The position numbers and the translations under genes were made by a program. Below are positions 20,386-29,198 of a stretch of DNA of 64,000 bases, in pieces. The notes under the pieces are model-generated. The model was not told the origin of the DNA. It saw nothing but the letters and a program-made list of their open reading frames with translations, and made no database searches. The stretch's first letter is position 1. Every line of letters begins with the position of its first letter. This DNA comes from an uncultured Chloroflexia bacterium (GTDB lineage Bacteria > Chloroflexota > UBA6077 > JACCZL01): the NCBI GenBank assembly GCA_963765765.1, contig CAVXYC010000014.1:192001-256000 (forward strand). Reading direction: 5' to 3'.

Positions 20386-21594
20386 GTGTTGTTTCGATCT
20401 CTCAACCGCCGTCTAACCAGGGTCTGCCTAGGCGCTCCGCGGATCGCAATTTCCATGGGGCTTTCCCTTTTTGGCCTGGCAGCCGTGCCAATGGGACCCG
20501 CCGCCGCGGCCGGTATCGGCGCAGATCCGGCCCTCGTCTCGTCGGCGCGCTTGCCGATTGGCCCCCTGCAAATAGACGAACCGACGCTTGAGGGCCAGGA
20601 TGCTCCGATCGAGGAGACAGCTTCCCCGACCCCGGTTGAAACGGCTACAGACTCTGTGCCCGCGCCTCCTGCTGAGGCCGCGGCGCCCTCGGCACCCGCG
20701 CCTCCTGAAGCTAACTCATCCCCGGCGGCATCGATAGAGACCGCGGCAGCAACCCCTAATCCAGCCGTATCACGACCCCAGTTTGGTGTTGGAAAATACA
20801 CCGTGTCAAAAGGTGACACGCTGTTCTCGATCGCTCGAAAGGCTGAGTTGAGTCTCGCCGTCCTCAGCTCGATAAACAACATCTCGGACCCGAGCTCGGT
20901 CAAAGTTGGGCAGACGCTCTACATTCCCGCGCGGCCGGGGAGCGTGTACGTTGCCGCCAGGGGTGACTCCGTCCAATCCGTTGCCGACAAGTACCAGACA
21001 AAAATCGACGCCATCCGCGAGGCGAACGGACTTAATAACGATGCACAGCTTGGGGCCGGCCAGCTCGTCCTAATCCCTGGCGTTGTCCAGGCCAGCGCCG
21101 CTATCAAACCCATCACTGCCGCAACGCCTCGATCAATCTCTTCCCAGGGGGGAGTCTCGCCACTCCCTGCGCCGAAGTCCGCTCAGGCCCCGCCCGTGGC
21201 TACCGCGGCGCTGGCAAAGTCGCCGCAGGGTAGTGGAGACACGTTGATCTGGCCAGTGTCAGGTCCAATTTCGACGAACTTTTCGCCAACACACCGCGGA
21301 CTCGACATCGTTGCCAACCAGGGTGTCCCGGTGAAATCAGCACTGGCCGGCCGAGTTGTAGGCGCCGCGGAAGGAGATGGCCCCTATGGTTGGTACGTCA
21401 TCGTGGAGCACGGCGGCACCTTCACTTCGGTCTACGCGCATCTCAGCAAGATTCGGGTCAAAGTCGGTGACGTCGTAGAGAAAAGCCAGATCGTCGGTGA
21501 GGTCGGAACCACTGGCCAGTCAACAGGGTCGCATCTCCACCTCGAGCTTCGCCAGAACAACGTTCCCATCGATCCCCGTCCTTATCTGCCGTAG
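20386..21594 (+). CDS. LysM-domain M23 peptidase
   Basis: Signal peptide, Pro/Ala linker, two LysM domains (YTVSKGDTLFSIA), and M23 motifs HRGLD, YAHL, HLHLE. Confidence 0.9.
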   Translation: MLFRSLNRRLTRVCLGAPRIAISMGLSLFGLAAVPMGPAAAAGIGADPALVSSARLPIGPLQIDEPTLEGQDAPIEETASPTPVETATDSVPAPPAEAAAPSAPAPPEANSSPAASIETAAATPNPAVSRPQFGVGKYTVSKGDTLFSIARKAELSLAVLSSINNISDPSSVKVGQTLYIPARPGSVYVAARGDSVQSVADKYQTKIDAIREANGLNNDAQLGAGQLVLIPGVVQASAAIKPITAATPRSISSQGGVSPLPAPKSAQAPPVATAALAKSPQGSGDTLIWPVSGPISTNFSPTHRGLDIVANQGVPVKSALAGRVVGAAEGDGPYGWYVIVEHGGTFTSVYAHLSKIRVKVGDVVEKSQIVGEVGTTGQSTGSHLHLELRQNNVPIDPRPYLP

Positions 21595-21599
21595 CGAAC

Positions 21600-21685
21600 G
21601 AGCTCGCAGTTAAGAGTTGAGAGCTCACTGGCGACAGTCGTCTCCGCCTGTGGACCGTTTACTGTGAACTATCAACCGTGATCTC
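21600..21685. repeat. Degenerate inverted heptamer array (AGTTAAG/AGTTGAG ... CTGTGAA/CTATCAA)
   Basis: 7-nt periodicity on both arms; same family as 22371-22440. Confidence 0.55.
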
Positions 21686-21723
21686 ACTGATATACTGCCC
21701 CCATCCACGCTGAGGAGCCCTCT

Positions 21724-22350
21724 ATGACTCAGACATCGAACCCGAGCACGAGCTCGGAGAAGGTTGCCTTCTATTTCGACCCCACTTGACCATGGGCCTG
21801 GCGAACTGCCGATTGGATTCGGCAGGTTCGTCGGGTGCGCCCCGTGGAGGTGCGCTGGCAGCTCTTCAGTCTTGAGGAGATCAACAAAGGCGACGGTGAG
21901 GTTGATTGGAATGGAGGAAGAAGTGCGCCCGTACTACGGGTCATTGCACTCGTCCGACGTAAGCACGGGAACGACGCCGTAGACCGACTGTACGACGCGC
22001 TTGGCCAGGCTCGTTTTCGCAATGAGAAGGTTTACGCTGACGAGGGTGTTGTTGAAGCAGCCCTTGAAGCTGCCGGACTCGATCCGGCGCTGAAGGCGCA
22101 GGCTCTGGCTGACGATTCGACGCGTGAAGAAGTGCTAGAAGAGCACAACGAGATCGTGAAGCGGCTGGGGACCTTCGGTGTTCCGACGATCGTGCTCGAC
22201 GACAACACTGGGCCTGGAATGTTCGGCCCCGTCATCGCCAGTGTGCCCGAGGGCGAGGCAGCAGGAGAGATGTGGGATCATTTCCTGTGGATGACACGCC
22301 AGACTGAGTTCTACGAAATCAAGCGCTCACGTCCCCCGGCAAGGCACTAG
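21724..22350 (+). CDS. DsbA/Rv2466c-like thioredoxin-fold oxidoreductase, probable selenoprotein (UGA at 21787-21789)
   Basis: RBS GAGGAG and ATG 21724 give MTQTSNPSTSSEKVAFYFDPT*PWAWRTADWIRQV, in frame with ORF 21835-22350 (FGVPT, FGPVI, FYEIKR). Confidence 0.85.
21797..21835 (+). promoter_or_regulatory. Putative bacterial SECIS hairpin
   Basis: CCTGGCGAAC-TGCCGA-[TTGGAT]-TCGGCA-G-GTTCGTCGGG begins 7 nt after the UGA and has a G-containing apical loop. Confidence 0.75.
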
Positions 22351-22370
22351 GGCTTCGACCAGAGAAGGGG

Positions 22371-22440
22371 TAAGAGTTCACAGTTGAATCGAGGAGACTG
22401 CTCCCTCACCTATCACACAACTGTGAACTCTTAACTCTTA
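22371..22440. repeat. Inverted heptamer repeat between convergent genes
   Basis: TAAGAGTTCACAGTTG (22371-22386) / CAACTGTGAACTCTTA (22418-22433), a perfect 16-bp match; contains the cyclase stop codon. Confidence 0.8.
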
Positions 22441-24116
22441 ACCAAGAGCATCCTCGAGCGCAGCTCCTGGGCGTTGGGTAACACGCGCACTAGCAGCGGG
22501 TCAGTTCGCCCACGAACCTCCACCTCACGAACCTCGAAGCCGCTCAAATCCACATCTGCCCGGGCGGCAACGTCCTCTGAGACGATGAGCTGGCTTTTCA
22601 TCTCCTTGTTCATCGACTCCAGACGGCTCGCGGTATTGACCGCGTCCCCAATGGCCGTAAACGTCCGCGCTGTGCCGTACCCCATCTCACCCACGATGAC
22701 TGGCCCCATGTGGACACCCAGACCGATACGCAGCGGCTCCTGCAAATCGATCTGAAGCTCGGCGTTGAGCGCGTCGAGGCTCTCGGACATGGCCAACGCT
22801 GCCCGAAGCGAGTCTCGACATCCCTCAGCAGGGCCGTTGTGAATGCCAAAGAGCGCCATCACGCCGTCGCCGATGAATTTATCGAGATGACCGCCTGAGC
22901 GCTCAACAGCCTCACCCATGGCGGCGAAGTAGCGATTGAGCAGGAACACGACGTCATAGGGGAACCGATGCTCGGCGAGCTGCGTGAACGATCTGATATC
23001 CGCAAAGAGGATCGCAATGTCTTTCTCTGCACCGAGCGTCAGCGAAGGACGAACCAGGCCTTCCGTTGGACCAATGGACCACGGTACCAGGGGAAAGACC
23101 GCGACGTCGGAAATAGGCCGAAGCTGGCAAGCCAATCGAACGTTTGGCGGCGCCCCAATTCGCTGAAGCGCACCGGCCTCATAGGTCGACGGCTGGGGCA
23201 AGAGGTCCTTTCCATCGGCAATGCGCAATCTGCAGGTCGTGCACCGTCCACGCCCACCACAAATGGACGCGTGGGGAATGCCTGCTGATCGACTTGCCTC
23301 TAGCACCGTCATGCCACGCGGAATGACAACTCTGCGTCCTGCAGGATACGTCAAGCGCACCACGCCCTTGCGGCGCTGCAGGACTGAGCGAACCCAACGG
23401 CCAATGAACACGCTGGCAGCCACAACTACGAAGATACCCACGGCGACATTTGCCCAGCCCAGCACCGTGTTGTTCTGCTCTTCGATTCCGATTGGAAACG
23501 TCGTCGAACGCCAGGTCGGATCGTCCGAGAGTGCCCCAAACGTTCGGCCTGCGTGGAAGAAGCCGAGCAAGCCGAAGACAGGAAGTAAGAGGGCCGTGGA
23601 CCTCAACCAGGGCACGGCCTTCGGATACCAGGGTCTGAAGCGTAGCCAGAAATGAACGCCCATGCTGCCGTGGGCCCAGGCCAGAACGAGCAACAGCGAC
23701 TGCAGAATGACCGACTCGGGATGCTCCACCCACATCCCAGCCACAACGTACGCATATGAGTCGTTCACACCGTAGGTCGCGCTCAGTACCCTGGTGCCGA
23801 AAATGTGGGGAATCAGGAACACGGGCATCAACAGCCCCATGACAAGTCGAACGATCTCCCATCGAGGCAAGCGGAGATGACGCCGTCTATACAGCGCCAT
23901 AAGCACCAGCGCAACATGGACGATCAGTGACGAGTAGAGAAGGAGGCTCCCCAGCGGGCTCCGCCAGATGAGTAAGAACACCTGTCGCCCGCGCTCCAAG
24001 AGCTCCACCGAAATAAGGCCGAGCGAATGGTTGATGAAATGCGTCGCCACGAAGACGAACAAGACCAGTCCCGACCAGAGACGAAGTCGATGTTCCATAG
24101 GCGCAATACTACGCAT
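22431..24116 (-). CDS. Membrane class III adenylate cyclase with a 2Fe-2S ferredoxin domain (CyaC-like)
   Basis: His-bearing TM region; CGGRGRCTTC...RLAC; FADIRSFT, DKFIGDG, TAIGDAVNTASRLE. Confidence 0.9.
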   Translation of the reverse strand: MRSIAPMEHRLRLWSGLVLFVFVATHFINHSLGLISVELLERGRQVFLLIWRSPLGSLLLYSSLIVHVALVLMALYRRRHLRLPRWEIVRLVMGLLMPVFLIPHIFGTRVLSATYGVNDSYAYVVAGMWVEHPESVILQSLLLVLAWAHGSMGVHFWLRFRPWYPKAVPWLRSTALLLPVFGLLGFFHAGRTFGALSDDPTWRSTTFPIGIEEQNNTVLGWANVAVGIFVVVAASVFIGRWVRSVLQRRKGVVRLTYPAGRRVVIPRGMTVLEASRSAGIPHASICGGRGRCTTCRLRIADGKDLLPQPSTYEAGALQRIGAPPNVRLACQLRPISDVAVFPLVPWSIGPTEGLVRPSLTLGAEKDIAILFADIRSFTQLAEHRFPYDVVFLLNRYFAAMGEAVERSGGHLDKFIGDGVMALFGIHNGPAEGCRDSLRAALAMSESLDALNAELQIDLQEPLRIGLGVHMGPVIVGEMGYGTARTFTAIGDAVNTASRLESMNKEMKSQLIVSEDVAARADVDLSGFEVREVEVRGRTDPLLVRVLPNAQELRSRMLLVKS

Positions 24117-24322
24117 GTCCGGGGTAGGACGCTAGCTGGACCAACCCACAGTCAAGGTCGATACGCGGGCTCACCTACGGGACAATGTCACCTTCGTCCC
24201 CCCACCGCGCGTGGCCTCATGTTGTCACCAATGGCGCTCCCAAATCCGTCGAAGCCGTGCCTTCACGTTCCGAGGATCAAGGAGACAGCGCTAAAGTGCT
24301 TAACTACAAACCGGCTGGCGGC

Positions 24323-25394
24323 TTAGGTGCCCGCGAACACGATACTGACCGGGCTGCCAATCTCGACAATCTGACCCGTTGGAGTGAGGGTGCCGCTCCC
24401 GCCGTCCACGCGGAACGTGACGATGGTGTCCGTGGCCTGGTTCGCGGCGTAGAGCAGGCCGCCGTCCGGGGACAGCGCGAAAAAGCGCGGCTGCTTTCCC
24501 TGTGTCGGTTCCCAGGCTACGGGGGACAGCTTGCCGGTCGCGTCGTCCACCTGGAAGATCGCAATGGTGTTGTGCCCCCGATTTGAGACATAGACGAACT
24601 TCCCGGATGGCGCGATCTGGATCTCGGCTGTGGTGTTCACCTCCGAGAAGTCCCTCGGCAGCGTCGTCTGCACATCCAGCTCGTCAAGCTGGCCAGTCGC
24701 CGTATCGTAGGCGAACGTCGTGACGGTCGAGCTCAGTTCGTTGCATTGGTAGGCAAACGCGCGATTCGGATGGAACGCCAGGTGTCGCGGTGCGGCGCCG
24801 GAGGCCGCCACGATGGAGCCCTGGGCCGACGGAACAATCTTGCCGTTTGCGGGGTCCACCCGAAACACGTAAGTACGGTCGTGGCCCTTGTCCGGCACGA
24901 TGAAGTGATTGCCGGCTCGGATCAGCCGGTATATGGTGAGGATGGGACGATTCCTGACCGGGGTGCGGACCATGCGTTCCGACCAACGTGACGATGTCGC
25001 TCAGAGAACCGAGCGAGCCGTCCGGGTTCACCGGTAGCGCCGAGACCTTGCCAGCATAGTAGCCAGCCACCACCGCAAATGGCATGTTGGGCAAGATCGT
25101 GATGGCGACCGGGTTTGCGCTACCGCAGTCCTGTGAGTTGAGCTTCGTCAGCGTGCCACTCGCGGCGTCTCTCGCGAACGCGCTGACGGTAGTAAGATCG
25201 TTACCGCCATGGACGCTGTAGAGATGTTCCTGGCTGGCATCGACGGTCAACCACGACGGGTTGACAACATCCTCCACGCACTGGACGTGAGTCCAGGCGC
25301 CGCTATCGCAATCCATCTCGAAGACCTCGATGCCTTTGCCACGGCCATCCCGATCCGGCGTGGTGTAACAGCCCACATAGGCGTACGTCGCCAT
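24323..25394 (-). CDS. Lactonase family beta-propeller (6-phosphogluconolactonase-like), apparent frameshift ~24930
   Basis: YVGCYT, NPSWL, SHPH, then APRH, YVSNRGHN, GKQPRFF. Confidence 0.88.
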
Positions 25395-25433
25395 AATGTT
25401 CCCTCCAATCAAGAGCTTCATCCGCTTCAGGTT

Positions 25434-25646
25434 CTACGAGCGGATCGGCGCCTTGTACGGGTCGAAGGCCAGGTACGGCTTATCCTTCCAGCTCGCGGCG
25501 ATGACTTTGAGCGTGAGGCCGCTCTTGAAGCGCAGCTCCAGTCGATCGAGGTTGGACCAGGCGCTCTCGATCTCCTGCTCCGCCAGCCAGCTCCAGTCCA
25601 CCGTGCAGCCGCTCTCATCCTGCGGCGTGATCTCGTTTGTTGCCAT
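25434..25646 (-). CDS. Small hypothetical protein (70 aa)
   Basis: RBS AGAGAGGA before ATG 25646; MATNEITPQDESGCTVDWSWL...PYLAFDPYKAPIRS; co-oriented with the lactonase gene. Confidence 0.7.
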   Translation of the reverse strand: MATNEITPQDESGCTVDWSWLAEQEIESAWSNLDRLELRFKSGLTLKVIAASWKDKPYLAFDPYKAPIRS

Positions 25647-25742
25647 GCAGTCCTCTCTTTGTCTCATTCTGGCAGGAACGGCGACGGCTGGGCAGGCCTG
25701 CGGCGCCGGTCCGGTACCATTTCGATTGCCATCTAACTTCCC

Positions 25743-27065
25743 ATGAAGAACTACACATCGAAGAACTACACATCCGTCACCCAACCGCGCGCCGTCCGCT
25801 TCTTCCAGTCTCGTGGCATCTTTTATGGCTGGGTCGTCGTCGTGGTCACCTGGATGACGGTTCTGGCCGGTGCGGGCTTGCGGCAGGTGCCCGCCGTGGT
25901 CATCAAGCCCCTCGAGGCTGAGTTCGGCTGGGATCGGGCGTCTATCTCGTTGGCCGTGGCCGTGAGTCTGATGGCGTACGGTCTGGGAGCACCCTTCTCC
26001 GGCAAGCTCATCGATCGCTACGGTCCGCGAACCGTGACGCTGTGGGCGCTCGGGCTCACCCTGGTGGGGGCTGCCGGACTGGTGACGATCCGCACTGTTG
26101 GCGAGCTGGTGTGGTGGCTGGGCGTGGTGGTGGGCCTGGGAACCGGAGCACTCGCGCTGGTACTCAGCGCCACAGTTGCCAATCGCTGGTTCGTCACGCA
26201 TCGCGGACTGGTCACCGGGCTGCTCGCGGCCGGGACGTCCGCGGGGCAGCTCGTCTTCATTCCGGTCATGATGGCACTCACACTCACTTTCGACTGGCGT
26301 GCGCCAATCATGCTGTCGCTGGTTGTTCTCGTACTCGTCATCCTGCCGCTGACTGTTTTTCTCGTGCGCGACGGTCCAAAAAGCGTCGGGCTGGCGCCCC
26401 TCGGCTGGACGACGGACGACGATCAGACGGCCATCAACTCAGCGCCCATGGCGAACATGCGCGACGTCATCCGCACGGGTGATTTCTGGCTCCTAGCTAG
26501 CAGCTTCTTCGTCTGCGGCGTCACGACGAACGGCCTTATCGGGACGCACCTCGTCCCCCACGCGGTTGAGCATGGCTTCTCGGAATACACCGCAGCCGGC
26601 GCACTCGCCCTGTTGGGCGGCATGAACGTAATCGGCACGACCGCGTCGGGCTACCTCTCCGACCGAGTTGATCCACGCAAGCTTCTGGCGATCTACTACG
26701 GGCTGCGCGCGACGGCCCTGCTATTGCTACCGCTCGTGAACGAGCCGATCGGCCTCACTGCTTTCGCGATCATCTTCGGCCTCGACTGGATTGCCACCGT
26801 TCCGCCCACAATCGCGCTTACGGCGGATCGCTTCGGTCGCCCGTCGGTTGGCACTGTGTTCGGTTGGATCTTCTGCTGTCACCAGGTCGGCGCGGCGGCC
26901 GCCTCGTATGCTGGCGGCCTTGCCCATGACCTACTCGGTGACTATCAGGCAGCGTTCATCGTGGCGGCGATCATGGGTTTCATCGCGGCCGGCATCAGCA
27001 CTCGCATAACGCGGCCTGGCACCCGCGGTACTGGATTCGCAGCCCCAGGAGCTGCACGGGCCTAG
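25743..27065 (+). CDS. MFS transporter
   Basis: FYGWVVV, EFGWDR, GKLIDRYGPR, GYLSDR; about 12 hydrophobic segments. Confidence 0.92.
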   Translation: MKNYTSKNYTSVTQPRAVRFFQSRGIFYGWVVVVVTWMTVLAGAGLRQVPAVVIKPLEAEFGWDRASISLAVAVSLMAYGLGAPFSGKLIDRYGPRTVTLWALGLTLVGAAGLVTIRTVGELVWWLGVVVGLGTGALALVLSATVANRWFVTHRGLVTGLLAAGTSAGQLVFIPVMMALTLTFDWRAPIMLSLVVLVLVILPLTVFLVRDGPKSVGLAPLGWTTDDDQTAINSAPMANMRDVIRTGDFWLLASSFFVCGVTTNGLIGTHLVPHAVEHGFSEYTAAGALALLGGMNVIGTTASGYLSDRVDPRKLLAIYYGLRATALLLLPLVNEPIGLTAFAIIFGLDWIATVPPTIALTADRFGRPSVGTVFGWIFCCHQVGAAAASYAGGLAHDLLGDYQAAFIVAAIMGFIAAGISTRITRPGTRGTGFAAPGAARA

Positions 27066-27218
27066 TGAGCTCCGGTGGGACAGGCGTCTCTGCCTGACCG
27101 GTGGATAACCTCGAGTGCGATCTGCGCGCCGATTGCTATCCGCCGAGTCCGATGGTGTCGATTCTCTGTCGGTTCATTCGTCAGTTAGCCAGACCGAGTT
27201 GACGAGGAGGGTCCCACA

Positions 27219-27701
27219 ATGAGACCGGAGCAGACGATCACCCCATTCTTATGGTTCGATGGCAACGCCGAAGAGGCTGTGAACTTCTACACGTCCACAT
27301 TCAAGGACGGCAGAATTGTGAGCATCGATCGTTACCCGGACGAATTCGAAGGGATGCAAGGCAAGGTACTTACCGCGGTGTTCGAGCTCAACGGTCAGCA
27401 GCTCATGGCCATAGATGGCGGCCCGCAGTACAAGTTCACCGAGGCAGTCTCGCTGTATGTGAACTGCGAGTCGCAGGAAGAGGTTGACGCCTACTGGAAC
27501 AAGCTGGCCGAGGGTGGTGAGATCCTCATGTGCGGCTGGCTCAAGGACAAGTACGGCCTGACCTGGCAGATCATTCCGAAGGCGCTACCCGAAATGCTGC
27601 AGGACAAAGATCGCGCCCGAGCGAAACGCGTGATGGACGCCATGATGCAGATGAAGAAGATCGACGTCGCCGAGCTGCAGAAGGCGTACGACAGAGTTTG
27701 A
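27219..27701 (+). CDS. VOC family PhnB / 3-demethylubiquinone-methyltransferase-like protein
   Basis: ITPFLWFDGNAEEA, CGWLKDKYGLTWQ, MMQMKKID. Confidence 0.9.
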   Translation: MRPEQTITPFLWFDGNAEEAVNFYTSTFKDGRIVSIDRYPDEFEGMQGKVLTAVFELNGQQLMAIDGGPQYKFTEAVSLYVNCESQEEVDAYWNKLAEGGEILMCGWLKDKYGLTWQIIPKALPEMLQDKDRARAKRVMDAMMQMKKIDVAELQKAYDRV

Positions 27702-27703
27702 TG

Positions 27704-27787
27704 AGAGGTCAGAGGCTAGAGAAGTCAAAGGGCCACTCCGGTGCTTTTCGGATTCCTTGACCTCTAGTCCCTGACCTCTAGCCCCTC
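27704..27787. repeat. Inverted heptamer array (AGAGGTC/AGAGGCT ... TGACCTC/TAGCCCC)
   Basis: Lies between convergent genes; same family as 48196-48276 and 45449-45498. Confidence 0.7.
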
Positions 27788-27796
27788 TTATCAGAT

Positions 27797-28267
27797 CTAG
27801 ACAACGGCTGCCCGCTTCGCAATCTCCGCGTCGATGTCCAGGGGACGATTCTGCTGACCGCGGGTCTCCCACTCGTCACGTGGAATCGCCCAGAACACTT
27901 CGAACTCGTTGCCGTCAGGATCCTGACCGTAGATGCTGAGACTGTTCCCGTGATCGTTCTCACCCACGTACCCACCGGCCGACATTAGGCGATCACGCGC
28001 TTCCTTGACCTGCTGAATCTCAGCGAGCTCCCAGGCCACGTGGTACATCCCCACGTGGCGACCGTGCGGGATGCCTTCAGCGTCAGCGCCAATGCCAAAC
28101 AGGCCGAGATCGTGGTGATTTTCGCTGCCGTTCGCTTTCATAAAGACACGCTGCGGATGCGATCCGTCTTTCGGGATGAACCCGAGGACGTCACGGTAGA
28201 AGGCCATCGAACGCTGGGCATCCCGGACCCAGAGAACCACGTGATTCAACCCTTTGATAGTAACCAT
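27797..28267 (-). CDS. VOC family (glyoxalase/extradiol dioxygenase-like) protein
   Basis: LNHVVL, NHHDLGL, GMYHVAW, DPDGNEFE. Confidence 0.88.
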   Translation of the reverse strand: MVTIKGLNHVVLWVRDAQRSMAFYRDVLGFIPKDGSHPQRVFMKANGSENHHDLGLFGIGADAEGIPHGRHVGMYHVAWELAEIQQVKEARDRLMSAGGYVGENDHGNSLSIYGQDPDGNEFEVFWAIPRDEWETRGQQNRPLDIDAEIAKRAAVV

Positions 28268-28313
28268 GATTCGCTCCTTGAGTGCATTGTACTCAAGTGC
28301 TCAAAGAACCCAG

Positions 28314-28328
28314 TGGCACGCCTGTTGC
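28314..28328 (+). promoter_or_regulatory. Sigma54 (-24/-12) promoter
   Basis: TGGCACG-CCTG-TTGC matches the TGGCACG-N4-TTGC consensus; 47 nt upstream of ATG 28376. Confidence 0.75.
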
Positions 28329-28375
28329 GTTAGTTCGGACATCCTCGGAGTCGCGGACCCCCGGAGGCGCAACAC

Positions 28376-28609
28376 ATGAACAATTTATCTGGCGATACCG
28401 TAACCCTGTCTCAGCTCGTGCGCACCGAAGAGCACGGCCTGAACATCAACCGACTGCTGTTCGCGAAGTTCCTGGTCATGACGGGCCGAATCAGCGAAGG
28501 CGATATCTCGAACCCCCGCATGATGACCCGGATCCCGGACATTCAGGAAGCTGAAGGGGCATCTGCTGCGCCTTCACCGACAGCGGCAGCCAAGTCAGCC
28601 GCCCGCTAA
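28376..28609 (+). CDS. Small hypothetical protein (77 aa)
   Basis: GGAGG RBS and an upstream promoter; helical core NRLLFAKFLVMTGRISE followed by a low-complexity Ala/Ser/Pro tail. Confidence 0.75.
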   Translation: MNNLSGDTVTLSQLVRTEEHGLNINRLLFAKFLVMTGRISEGDISNPRMMTRIPDIQEAEGASAAPSPTAAAKSAAR

Positions 28610-28659
28610 CGCCAACTGACGCCGGCGAGACAATCTATCCCGTCGGCGCGGTAAGCTCC

Positions 28660-28968
28660 GGCTGGCTCCGCAAGGAGGGCCACTGTTTCTCCGAGGAGGG
28701 GTGCTGGTTCAGTCGCGTCAGGTGCGAGCCGCCGTAACCCTGCGGATGCACGCCGGCATCAACCGGCCTCCGAAGGATTTGGAGAAGCCAGTCCCGTACG
28801 TTCCGGCGCTCAACGTGATACGAGGTCGTCTAGCGCCAGTCAGTAGAAATGACTGCTGTACGATCTCCTAAGCCGATTCCCGCCAGCCCACGAGCCGGTA
28901 AGCAAGGCCCAACGCAACCCGGTGAAGACGATCATAGATCGTACCCCGCGCCGGGAGAGTGGCCTTGC
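28660..28968 (+). ncRNA. Candidate structured ncRNA of unknown family (strand inferred)
   Basis: Sits in a ~590-nt gap with no convincing ORF; at least seven nested helices, a GCAA tetraloop, and a closing stem GGCCACT/AGTGGCC. Confidence 0.5.
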
Positions 28969-29198
28969 TGAACGAATGGCAGGAGCGCTTCATCGCTGCG
29001 CTCTAATGCCTGATTCACTACCGACTACTCAATCAAGATCTACGATGAGGACGCTGCATCCGATGAATGGGCGCTAGCATCGCTAGATACCCGCGAATCA
29101 AAACCATCCCCATTGCCGTGCGACACGATGCCCATCCTTGGAGCGCGGCGTGCCGCTAGAATGTGGCTGACTCATTGTGACTTCTCCAACTCCGGCCC

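Noticed and set aside
28679-28705. GCCACTG as part of a cobalamin riboswitch
   Set aside because: The other conserved elements (GGGAA...GGTG..AA.CC and the AGCCAG..GAC B12 box) are missing, and no B12-related gene follows.
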